A DNA stretch of 64,000 bases from Pseudomonadota bacterium. Lineage in GTDB: Bacteria > Pseudomonadota > Gammaproteobacteria > Burkholderiales > Sulfuriferulaceae. Position numbers and translations under genes: made by a program. The stretch is from the NCBI GenBank assembly GCA_021786845.1, contig JAJYMO010000031.1, positions 7,881 to 71,880 of the forward strand, given 5' to 3'. Within the stretch, counting starts at the first letter, position 1, and every line of letters begins with the position of its first letter. Below are positions 8,569 through 17,661 of the stretch, one piece after another. Under the pieces are notes generated by a model. The model made no database searches, was not told where the DNA came from, and saw only the letters and a program-made list of their open reading frames with translations.

Positions 8569-11500
8569 ATGAAAAGATTGGCGGCGCTTCTGAATACCCC
8601 TGCACGGATGGTAATCACGGTGGGCGTGACTGTTCTGATGGGCGAGTTTTTGATCATGTTGCTGATCGATGTTCTCCATCCGGTTTTTAAAAACAGGGGG
8701 CCGATTTTTTGGGAGTTCATCGATCCACTTGTACTCACTGCGTTCATTTCTCCCGCCCTCTATGTCCTTGTCTTCAGGCCGATGCGCAAACAGCAGGCCG
8801 AACTCGAAGGGCAGATCGACAGGCTGCGCCACAATGAGCAATTGGCGGTATTGATTGAAGCCATCCCCGATGCGGTTTTTTTAAAGGATGGCAAGGGCTG
8901 CTGGTTGATCATCAATCAACAGGCTGAGCAACTTTTCCAGTTGCACAACATTCCCTGGCAGGGGAAAACTGAACGGGAATTGGCAGATATGCACCCAGCA
9001 TTTCGTGCTGTTCACGAGGGGTGCCTGGCGAGCGACGAAAAGGCATGGCAGGCTGGGCGATTGCAGGTGGGCGAAGAAAGCGTGGCAGGGGAAGACGGTC
9101 AATGCACGCTCATTGAGGCGCGCAAGATGCCGATGTTTGATGAGGCGGGGCGACGCAAGGGATTGGCGATCATCGGGCGCGACATCACCGGGCGCAAGGC
9201 ATCGGAAGCGCGCATCGAACGCCTGACGAAACTTTATCGGGCCCTCAGCGAAGTCAATCAGGCCATTGTGCGGATGGACGAGGCCTCCATGCTGTTTCCG
9301 CTGGTGTGCCGGATGGCGGTGGACTTCGGTGGTGTAGAGATGGCCTGGGTCGGTCAGTTGAACGAGGTCAATGGCTTGATCGAACCGGTGGCGAGCCATG
9401 GCAACGGAGTCGAATATCTGAACGATATCGTGATTTCATCGAAAGAGGACGCGCCGGAAGGACGCGGCCCGGCCGGAATCTCATTTCGCGAAAACCGTAA
9501 TGTCATCGTCAACGACTTCCAGACGAGTGAGCTGACAGCACCATGGCGTAAGCTCGCTTTGCGTTATAACTGGGGTGCAGGCGGGTTTTTTCCGATCCAG
9601 CGCGCAGGAAAAGTGTTTGCCGTTTTTAGCGTTTACCATTCGCATTCCGGCGCTTTTGACGCCGAAATGATCGGGCTTCTGGATGAAATGTCACGCGACA
9701 TCTCGTTTGCCCTGGACAGTTTCGATCGGGAAAATGAACGCAGGCAAACGCAGTCAGCACTTCTCGGCAGCGAACGCCATTTTCGCGCCTATTTCGAGCG
9801 GTCCATGGTGGGCATGGCCGCCACCAGCCCGGAAAAAGGCTGGCTGGAGGTCAATGATGCCCTATGCCAGATGCTGGGTTATTCGCGTGAAGAACTGATG
9901 CGTCTGACTTGGGCCGAATTGACCCATCCGGACGATCTTGCCGTCAACAAAACCCTGTTTAACCGGATGCTGCGAGGCGAGCTTGATGAATATGTGCTGG
10001 ATAAGCGCTTCATCCGCAAGAACGGCACCAGCGTTTATGTGCATGTCGCTGTACGTGCCCTGCGCAAGGAGGATGGCCGTCTCAATTATGTCGTCTCGCT
10101 GGTTGAGGACATCACCGAGCGCAAGAAAACAGAAGATATGCTAAGCCTCTTGGGGCGTATCCTGGACGACTCGTCGAACGAACTTTATATGTTTGATGCG
10201 CAGACGTTGCATTTCATACTGGCCAACGCTGGTGCACAGCGCAACTTGGGTTATCCCATAGACGAGCTCAGGGCGCTTACCCCGCTCGACCTCAAGCCAA
10301 AACTCACGCCGGAAATATTCGAGCGCCTCATTGCGCCGCTCAGGCTTGGCAAGGTGGACAATGTGGTTTTCGAGGCCGAACACCAGCGCAAGGACAAGAG
10401 TGTTTACCCCGTAGAAATTCGTCTGCACCTGTCAACCAAAGAAGTCATACCTGTCTTTGTCGCGATTGTTCAGGACATCACCGAGCGCAAGCAAGCCATG
10501 CAGGAATTGCGCATTACCGCTACGGCGTTCGAGACGCAAGAATGCATCATGATTACCGACCAGGATACCCGCATCCTTCGGGTTAACGCTGCCTTCACTC
10601 GCCTGACCGGCTACTCTGCCACAGAGGCGATCGGTCAGACTCCCGCCATGCTCAAATCCGGACGGCAGAATGAAGCCTTTTACCACAATATGTGGGAAAC
10701 CCTTGCCCGTGACAAATACTGGCAGGGAGAAATCTTGAACCGGCGCAAAAATGGCAAGCTCTACCCGGCATGGCAAACCATCACTGCCATTACCGATGAA
10801 GATGGACAGGTAACGAATTATGTCGGGGTGTCTTCAGATCTCACCTTGCGCAAGGAGGCGGATGAACGGATACACGAGCTTGCTTTTTATGATCCGCTCA
10901 CCAATCTGCCCAATCGGCGTTTGTTGCGGGATCGTTTGCAGCAGGCCATGACGGACAGCCTTCGCAGTCGGCGTGGCGGGGCAGTGCTGTTTATCGATCT
11001 GGATAATTTCAAGGTGCTGAATGATATCCGTGGTCACGATATCGGCGATCTGCTGCTGATCAAGGTCGCCGAACGGCTCCACGACTGTGTGCGCAGTCAT
11101 GATACGATCGCTCGCCTGGGTGGCGACGAATTCGTTGTCATTCTTGAGGATTTGAGCGAAGACGCCCAGGAAGCGGTGACCCAGGCGCAAGGTGTTGGCA
11201 AAAAAATTCTTGCGACTATCAGCCGGCCATTTGATCTTCATGGCATTGAATATCACGGCTCATCCAGTATCGGTATCAGCCTGTTTTGCGGTGATGAGAC
11301 CAGCAGCATGGACGACTTGCTCAAGCATGCCGATGTTGCGATGTATCAGGCCAAGACTTCTGGTCGCAATACGATGTATTTTTTTGATCCTGTCATGCAA
11401 GCTAAACTGGAAATGCATGCCACCCTGATGGATGACTTGCGACAGGCGCTGCCGCAACAGCAACTCAAGCTTTACTACCAGGTGCAGGTGGATGAGCACG

Positions 11501-12180
11501 GTGTTGTGGGCGCGGAAGCCTTGCTGCGATGGCAACATCCCGAGCGGGGGCTGGTTTCACCCCTGGAATTCATTCCGCTCGCCGAGGAAAGCGGTCTCAT
11601 CGTACCGATTGGGCAATGGGTACTGCAAACGGCTTGTGCCCAACTCAAGCAATGGGAGAGCGATCCGCGTACCTGTCACCTTCAGCTTGCCATCAACGTC
11701 AGCGCGCGGCAATTCCGTCAGCCGGATCTGATCGAGCAGGTGCTTGAGGTGTTGAATAAATCTGGCATTGATCCACTTAAACTCAAATTCGAATTGACTG
11801 AGAGTCTGGTGCTGGATAATATTGCTGACAGCATCGACAAAATGCAGATATTGCGCAGTATCGGCATACGGTTCTCGCTGGATGACTTTGGTACCGGGCA
11901 ATCCTCACTGACCTACCTCAAACGCTTGCCGCTGGATCAAATCAAGATCGATCAAAGTTTCGTGCGTGATATCATTACCGACCCGAACGACGCTGCGATT
12001 GTTCAGACCATTATCGGGATGGCGAATAACCTCGGATTAAACGTCATTGCTGAAGGAGTTGAAACCGAACAGCAGCGTGACTTCCTCGAACGCAACGGTT
12101 GCCGCGCGTACCAGGGTTACCTGTTTGGTAAACCCGTGCCGATTGAGGTGTTCCAGGATTCTGTTTTCCGTGAAGGATGA
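8569..12180 (+). CDS. membrane-anchored multi-PAS/GAF signalling protein with GGDEF and EAL domains
   Basis: start taken at ATG 8569 (MKRLAALL, G-rich RBS); 2 TM; several PAS blocks ending in ITERK; GAF; RLGGDEFVVIL; EALLRW...ELTES...DDFGTGQSSL. Confidence 0.9.
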   Translation: MKRLAALLNTPARMVITVGVTVLMGEFLIMLLIDVLHPVFKNRGPIFWEFIDPLVLTAFISPALYVLVFRPMRKQQAELEGQIDRLRHNEQLAVLIEAIPDAVFLKDGKGCWLIINQQAEQLFQLHNIPWQGKTERELADMHPAFRAVHEGCLASDEKAWQAGRLQVGEESVAGEDGQCTLIEARKMPMFDEAGRRKGLAIIGRDITGRKASEARIERLTKLYRALSEVNQAIVRMDEASMLFPLVCRMAVDFGGVEMAWVGQLNEVNGLIEPVASHGNGVEYLNDIVISSKEDAPEGRGPAGISFRENRNVIVNDFQTSELTAPWRKLALRYNWGAGGFFPIQRAGKVFAVFSVYHSHSGAFDAEMIGLLDEMSRDISFALDSFDRENERRQTQSALLGSERHFRAYFERSMVGMAATSPEKGWLEVNDALCQMLGYSREELMRLTWAELTHPDDLAVNKTLFNRMLRGELDEYVLDKRFIRKNGTSVYVHVAVRALRKEDGRLNYVVSLVEDITERKKTEDMLSLLGRILDDSSNELYMFDAQTLHFILANAGAQRNLGYPIDELRALTPLDLKPKLTPEIFERLIAPLRLGKVDNVVFEAEHQRKDKSVYPVEIRLHLSTKEVIPVFVAIVQDITERKQAMQELRITATAFETQECIMITDQDTRILRVNAAFTRLTGYSATEAIGQTPAMLKSGRQNEAFYHNMWETLARDKYWQGEILNRRKNGKLYPAWQTITAITDEDGQVTNYVGVSSDLTLRKEADERIHELAFYDPLTNLPNRRLLRDRLQQAMTDSLRSRRGGAVLFIDLDNFKVLNDIRGHDIGDLLLIKVAERLHDCVRSHDTIARLGGDEFVVILEDLSEDAQEAVTQAQGVGKKILATISRPFDLHGIEYHGSSSIGISLFCGDETSSMDDLLKHADVAMYQAKTSGRNTMYFFDPVMQAKLEMHATLMDDLRQALPQQQLKLYYQVQVDEHGVVGAEALLRWQHPERGLVSPLEFIPLAEESGLIVPIGQWVLQTACAQLKQWESDPRTCHLQLAINVSARQFRQPDLIEQVLEVLNKSGIDPLKLKFELTESLVLDNIADSIDKMQILRSIGIRFSLDDFGTGQSSLTYLKRLPLDQIKIDQSFVRDIITDPNDAAIVQTIIGMANNLGLNVIAEGVETEQQRDFLERNGCRAYQGYLFGKPVPIEVFQDSVFREG

Positions 12181-12245
12181 TGGGCGACATGCACGCGTTC
12201 GGGAGGGTGTCCGAACTTCAAAGCAGTGGCGCAGCAAATTCTCGT

Positions 12246-12325
12246 CTTAAAATTCGACCTGCAGCATGAACGGTGGTGCCGTTTTTGCAGGCCAGACTTC
12301 AGCCTGATGTGGTGATAAAAGATAT
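12246..12325. repeat. REP-like palindromic intergenic element (family shared with 38351..38420)
   Basis: core ttgcaggccagacttcagcctgatgtggtgataaaagatat compared with gtaggtcaggcttcagcctgacgcggtgataaaagatac; plus an inverted ttaaaa..gacctgca arm. Confidence 0.7.
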
Positions 12326-12367
12326 GGCGGTTTGTCAATTGGTGCAAAATTTGGACGACTTCCCCCC

Positions 12368-13366
12368 ATGCAAAACATGATCAATTCTGACGTCCCCCCT
12401 GCCATTCTCTTGATGGGCCCCACCGCCTCAGGAAAAACAGCATTGGCGGTGAGCCTGGCGCAACGGTTTCCACTGGAGATTATCAGTGTCGATTCGGCGA
12501 TGGTTTACCGGGAGATGAACATCGGTACTGCCAAGCCGGATGCCGCAACGCTTGCAGCGGCCCCCCATCATTTAATTGATCTGATTTCGCCTTTGCAAGC
12601 TTATTCTGTCGCGCAGTTTTGTTCGGATGCTTTACCGCTCATGACTGCAGCCCATGCGCGAGGTCGTGTGCCGTTGTTGGTGGGCGGAACAATGTTGTAT
12701 TTTAAGGCCTTGCGGGAAGGTTTGAGTGAATTGCCGCCTGCCGATGAGGCGGTGCGTACCCAAATTGAAATCGAAGCCCGCCAGCGGGGTTGGGGCGCAC
12801 TGCATGATGAATTATCCCAACTTGATCCTGAAACCGGTCAACGCTTGCAACCCGGTGATACTCAGCGTATACAGCGTGCTTTGGAAGTGGTGCGCGTGAC
12901 AGGGCAACCGATGTCCAGCTTGTGGGCATTGGGGCGTGCGAGCACTCCCAATTTTCGTTGGTTGCCGATAGCACTGATCCCGGCCGAGCGAAGTGTGTTG
13001 CATGAACGCATTGCCCAGCGTTTTGATGCCATGCTGGAAGCGGGGTTGTTACAGGAGCTAAGCGATTTGCGTCAACGATATGATTTGCATGCTGAATCAC
13101 CTGCCATGCGTTGCGTGGGTTACCGGCAAGCATGGGCCTATCAATCGGGTGAGTACGGTTACCAGGAGATGCGTGAGCGCGGCATTTTTGCAACGCGGCA
13201 GTTGGCCAAGCGGCAGATGACGTGGTTGCGGGGGATGAATGAGGTCCGCACCATGAATTGCCTGGACATGCAATTGTATGCGCAGGTTGAACAGCAAGTG
13301 CTTGAGTTTTTGGCTACTGTTAATCCGTCACACGTGGGTCAATCTACGGGTCAATCAATGTGTTGA
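12368..13366 (+). CDS. miaA: tRNA dimethylallyltransferase
   Basis: LLMGPTASGKT P-loop; DSAMVYREMNIGTAKP; full-length MiaA-like. Confidence 0.9.
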   Translation: MQNMINSDVPPAILLMGPTASGKTALAVSLAQRFPLEIISVDSAMVYREMNIGTAKPDAATLAAAPHHLIDLISPLQAYSVAQFCSDALPLMTAAHARGRVPLLVGGTMLYFKALREGLSELPPADEAVRTQIEIEARQRGWGALHDELSQLDPETGQRLQPGDTQRIQRALEVVRVTGQPMSSLWALGRASTPNFRWLPIALIPAERSVLHERIAQRFDAMLEAGLLQELSDLRQRYDLHAESPAMRCVGYRQAWAYQSGEYGYQEMRERGIFATRQLAKRQMTWLRGMNEVRTMNCLDMQLYAQVEQQVLEFLATVNPSHVGQSTGQSMC

Positions 13367-15072
13367 ATTTGAATCAACTGGTGGAACGGCCTTACGATGA
13401 GCGCGTGGCCAAACAGCTTATGGCAGAGGGATTGCATCAGGCCTTGTCACGGGTGTATGCAGCGCGAGGCGTGACCCACAAGCAACAATTGGAGGGCGCT
13501 TTGTCGGGTATGCTGCATTATCGCCTGCTGAAAAATATCGAGGTCATGGCGCAACGTCTGGCAGATGCTGTGCAAGCGGGCGAACGTGTGGTGGTGATTG
13601 CCGATTATGATGCGGATGGGGCCACCGCATGTGCCGTGGCCGTGCGCGGACTCGGTTTGCTGGGTTTGCCGATACGCTTCTGGGTACCCAATCGATTTAT
13701 TCATGGTTACGGGCTCACATCGGAAATTGTTCGCATGGTGGCGGCTTGGGAGGACAAGCCCGAGGTCATTCTGACTGTTGATAATGGTATGTCCAGTTAT
13801 GATGGTGTGGAAACCGCGCGTGAATTGGGCATGGAGGTGTTGATTACTGACCATCATTTACCGGGCGAACAGGTGCCTGATACGTTGATTGTGAATCCGA
13901 ATCAGCCTGGCTGTCCATTTCCAGACAAGCATCTGGCAGGCGTAGGCGTGATGTTTTATGTGTTGTTGGCGATACGCGCCGAATTACAAGCGCGTGGTGT
14001 GTGGTTGAATGGCGCGCCGAATTTGGCGCAATTGCTTGACTTGGTGGCCTTGGGCACCGTGGCGGATGTGGTGAAACTGGATGAAAATAACCGGATTCTG
14101 GTGGAGCAAGGTTTACGTCGTATTCGGCAGGGACGTGCTTGTGCAGGCGTGAATGCCCTGTTTACCGTGGCAGGACGTCAACTTGAGCAAGCCAGCGCGA
14201 GTGATTTGGGGTTTATGATCGGCCCCCGACTGAACGCCGCAGGGCGTTTGGAAGACATGTCGCAAGGCATTGCCTGTTTGTTGAGCGATAACGAAGACGA
14301 TGCGGCGCAGTTGGCGCAGCGCCTGCATGAGTTGAACGCCGAGCGGCGTGAAATAGAAGCCACCATGCAAGATCAAGTGCAAGCAGCACTGCAAAACAAT
14401 GTTGACCCCGCGTCCGGCTACAGCATGACGGTGTATGATTCGAGCTGGCATGCGGGCGTGGTGGGGATTCTGGCGTCGCGTTTGAAAGAGCGTTATCATC
14501 GCCCAGTGATTTGCTTTGCACGTGGCCAAGGGGATGAAATTAAAGGTTCCGGTCGGTCAATTCCTGGCTTGCATTTGCGCGATGCGCTAGACTGGATCAG
14601 TAAACAGGTCCCCGGTTTAATTTTGAAATTTGGCGGGCATGCTGCCGCAGCTGGGCTGTCTATTCCTGAATTCAGATTCAAAGAGTTCGTCATGTGGTTT
14701 GAGCAGGCCGCACAAACTTTTCTCACACCACAAGATTTGCAAACCAGCATTTGGACGGATGGCGAATTGGGAGCAGCCAATATGGGGCCCGATTTGGCGC
14801 AGGCCATTGCAGAGCAGGTGTGGGGACAAGGTTTTCCGCAGCCCAGTTTCTATGGCATTTTTCGGGTGGTGCAACAACGTGTACTCAAAGAGAAGCACTT
14901 GAAATTGCGCTTGTCCCAAGGTTCGCAACACTGGAACAGCATTTTGTTTCACTGTAATGAAACCTTGCCTGAAACCATTCATGCGGTGTACCAGCTGGAT
15001 TGGAACTGCTACAGGGACAGCGCAGAAGTGCAATTGAGGATCAGCGATTGGTGCGCGGCGCCAGACCAATGA
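13360..15072 (+). CDS. recJ: single-stranded-DNA-specific exonuclease RecJ
   Basis: DHH motifs (IADYDADGATA, ITDHHLPG) and a DHHA1-like GGHAAAAG; GTG start overlapping the miaA stop. Confidence 0.9.
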   Translation: MLNLNQLVERPYDERVAKQLMAEGLHQALSRVYAARGVTHKQQLEGALSGMLHYRLLKNIEVMAQRLADAVQAGERVVVIADYDADGATACAVAVRGLGLLGLPIRFWVPNRFIHGYGLTSEIVRMVAAWEDKPEVILTVDNGMSSYDGVETARELGMEVLITDHHLPGEQVPDTLIVNPNQPGCPFPDKHLAGVGVMFYVLLAIRAELQARGVWLNGAPNLAQLLDLVALGTVADVVKLDENNRILVEQGLRRIRQGRACAGVNALFTVAGRQLEQASASDLGFMIGPRLNAAGRLEDMSQGIACLLSDNEDDAAQLAQRLHELNAERREIEATMQDQVQAALQNNVDPASGYSMTVYDSSWHAGVVGILASRLKERYHRPVICFARGQGDEIKGSGRSIPGLHLRDALDWISKQVPGLILKFGGHAAAAGLSIPEFRFKEFVMWFEQAAQTFLTPQDLQTSIWTDGELGAANMGPDLAQAIAEQVWGQGFPQPSFYGIFRVVQQRVLKEKHLKLRLSQGSQHWNSILFHCNETLPETIHAVYQLDWNCYRDSAEVQLRISDWCAAPDQ

Positions 15073-15197
15073 CCATTGGCTGGTGCTCAGGTTTTCCATA
15101 AATTTCTAAAGAAACAATATGTTCCACGCAGCGCCGAACAAGGCTAACGCAAAGATCAACTTCAGCCAGCGCAGATTCAATCTTAAGCCGAGTGTTA

Positions 15198-15425
15198 CTG
15201 GTCAATTAAATGGCCTCACTACCGGCCAACAATTTTGGCCCACCTTAAGGGGTGGTCAAATGGCCACCGTCACTGTAGCGTTACCGTTTGTTCACGAAAC
15301 GACGGGACCGAAATGAAGGAGTGGGTTGTGATACATAAAATTAAGGGCATTGCACGATGGTGGAAGCGGATTGTCTGTTCGGACCATTGCAACGGAATTG
15401 GGGATATCCCGCAAGATAAGCGGTT
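15198..15425 (+). mobile_element. IS21-family-like left-end relic with a frameshifted, truncated istA 5' region
   Basis: reiterated terminal motifs (ggtcaattaaatggcc, ggccaacaattttggccc, ggtcaaatggccac); then MKEWVVIHKIKG / frameshift / HDGGSGLSVRTIATELGISRK (HTH N-terminus typical of IstA); ~90% identical over ~110 bp to 46617..46727. Confidence 0.5.
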
Positions 15426-15469
15426 GCGTAGCCGGTTATCATGTAAATGAGCAGATGTGGAATACACGA

Positions 15470-16369
15470 TTATGCTTGCTTGAGCTTTGCTGCACGGCTT
15501 CCCGGCAGGTGCAGGGCCATATTTTCTTGTAGCAGCGTGCTGCATTCAGCAACGCTGACTGAACGTCCACTGGTCGTGTCGGGTAATCGTCCATCATTGG
15601 AAAAAATGGCAGACAGTGAGTCGTTTATCGCTGTTTGTGCTGCAAATAGACAGGGTGTGGAATACAGAACCAATTTTGACCCGGCTTCCATCAGCTCAGA
15701 CAGGGTCACGCGCGGACTTTTACCCCCGGCAATTTGATTGAACAGCAATGGTTTGTCGGTAATTTTTCGTGCCTCGCGCAATGTTTCGATGGAGTGCACC
15801 CCATCAACCATGATTACATCAACATCAGTCATGGAAATACGCTCTATACGCCGGTAAATCTCATCACCGACAGCGTCGGTACGTGCCAGCACACACAAAT
15901 CAGTGCGTTGCGCCAGAACCATTTCCAGTTTTTCCATATACTCCTCAAGTGGTAACAGAATCTTGCCGTCAAAGTGCCCGCAACGACGGGGACGTTTTTG
16001 ATCTTCAAGCATAATCATTGCGACACCCATGCGTTCAAGTTGGGTGCTGACATGGCAGGCAACTGATGCATCCACGTAGCCATCGTCAATATCCACTAAC
16101 AACTTATGTTCCGGAAGTATCTGACGGATACGCCATGCTGCCTGCACCATATCGCTCCATGCGATGTAGCCAAGGTCTGGCAAGCCATAGTGGCTTGCGG
16201 CAAAGCCGAAACCGCTGTAAAACAGGTTGGTGGAGTGTTTGGAGGCAATGGTCGCGGAAAATGCATCAAAAATACCGATAAAAGGCGCAACAAATTGACC
16301 ACTACGAATTTCTTTACGTAGTGCCGCCCCTGGATGGATCATTGGAACCACTTTACTGTTGACTGACAT
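15470..16369 (-). CDS. isocitrate lyase / PEP mutase superfamily enzyme (methylisocitrate-lyase- or oxaloacetate-decarboxylase-like)
   Basis: DIDDGYVD and EDQKRPRRCGHFDGK motifs of the ICL/PEPM fold. Confidence 0.7.
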   Translation of the reverse strand: MSVNSKVVPMIHPGAALRKEIRSGQFVAPFIGIFDAFSATIASKHSTNLFYSGFGFAASHYGLPDLGYIAWSDMVQAAWRIRQILPEHKLLVDIDDGYVDASVACHVSTQLERMGVAMIMLEDQKRPRRCGHFDGKILLPLEEYMEKLEMVLAQRTDLCVLARTDAVGDEIYRRIERISMTDVDVIMVDGVHSIETLREARKITDKPLLFNQIAGGKSPRVTLSELMEAGSKLVLYSTPCLFAAQTAINDSLSAIFSNDGRLPDTTSGRSVSVAECSTLLQENMALHLPGSRAAKLKQA

Positions 16370-16953
16370 TTTTTAGCCTCTCCATAGAAAAAGTTTGTAT
16401 TCGCGATCATTGTGATGACAGGTAGATACATGTCGTTTCCGCTCCTGTTTAATAAACAAATGAAGCCTGTGTCACATCGCAGGAAGCAGACGGCGGTTGG
16501 GGACAGCTCTTTGGTACCGAATGTGTTTGATTAAACCCGAAAATGTTGGTTAAAAGGAAATGGCTGACGTCAAATGCAGATTGATGGAAGAAGGGTGTAA
16601 CAAGTAACACCAGACGATGGTGAGATAAACATTGTTATAAAAAGTTCATCCTTTCATCCTGGTGAGCGGCCAGTTAATCTCTAATAATTAATATCACGTT
16701 GATATAAAACAATAAAATTTAAATTTTCGTGGTATCAATTTATCGGGAATGAGGTGGTAACCACATGATTTATTTATAACTTGAGGGAAAAAACAGGACC
16801 AAAAACCAAACAGCCGGTGAGTGGAAATTTGTTCCAGCAAGCGCTGGTTGATCAAATCAACGGGAATACTGCGCACCCCAAATGAAAATCCGGATGCAGG
16901 GAAGTGGATACGCCCGAGAACTTTTAAGTATTCTCGGTGGTCGAACTGGGGTG

Positions 16954-17643
16954 ATGAATATCTTGCGAAAAATAGTATTCAGTGTGGCCGTTGTTTTGGC
17001 AGGCGCCATCGTCGTGCTTGTCCTGCGTGGCAAGTTTCACACACATGTTCCTGTTCAGCCAAATCCTCAAACCGGACAACAGTTCGTCCAGATCAATCCG
17101 CAAATTGGGCAACAGATTAATCCGCAAGTTGTGCAGCTGGTCATGAAGAAAAAGCCGCATCACGCGGCTTGGTCAAGTGAAAATAAGGCACCTGTTGCTG
17201 CAGTAAATATCTCGCGTCAACCTGTGAAACCGGTGGTGCAGGCACAACAAAAAAGCACAGAGCGGGTACCTGTGATACGTCAGATACAGACGGCTGACTT
17301 GCTGACAAAACCCGTCGCTAGCGAGCCGGTTAAAATAAATTCCCAGCAAAGTGCTCTCCCGAAGGTGGGAAAGGCAAGCGGGGCAGAAGCTGTCGATGGA
17401 TTCGGTCTTGATGTTGGGAATGGTCTTCCCTTACCCACCATAAATAATGCCCTGGTTGCCCCACAAGACAGGCCTGCAGGATTTCATGTCGGTGTGAATT
17501 ATCATCTGGATCAAAATTGGGAATTAACCGGACTGGCAGGCGTAACGACGACTGAAGGTATCGTTGCTAACCCTGCTAACCTTACTAACCCTGTAAAACC
17601 TTCTGTTAACCAAGTCGGGATTCAGGCCGGTTACCGGTTTTGA
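16954..17643 (+). CDS. hypothetical secreted or membrane-anchored protein with Q/P-rich repeats and an OMP-like C-terminus
   Basis: start taken at MNILRKIVFSVAVVLAGAIVVLVL; QPNPQTGQQFVQINPQIGQQINPQVVQ repeats; ends ...VGIQAGYRF (terminal aromatic as in beta-barrel OMPs). Confidence 0.5.
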   Translation: MNILRKIVFSVAVVLAGAIVVLVLRGKFHTHVPVQPNPQTGQQFVQINPQIGQQINPQVVQLVMKKKPHHAAWSSENKAPVAAVNISRQPVKPVVQAQQKSTERVPVIRQIQTADLLTKPVASEPVKINSQQSALPKVGKASGAEAVDGFGLDVGNGLPLPTINNALVAPQDRPAGFHVGVNYHLDQNWELTGLAGVTTTEGIVANPANLTNPVKPSVNQVGIQAGYRF

Positions 17644-17661
17644 ACAGAGGTCTCTATTCCT

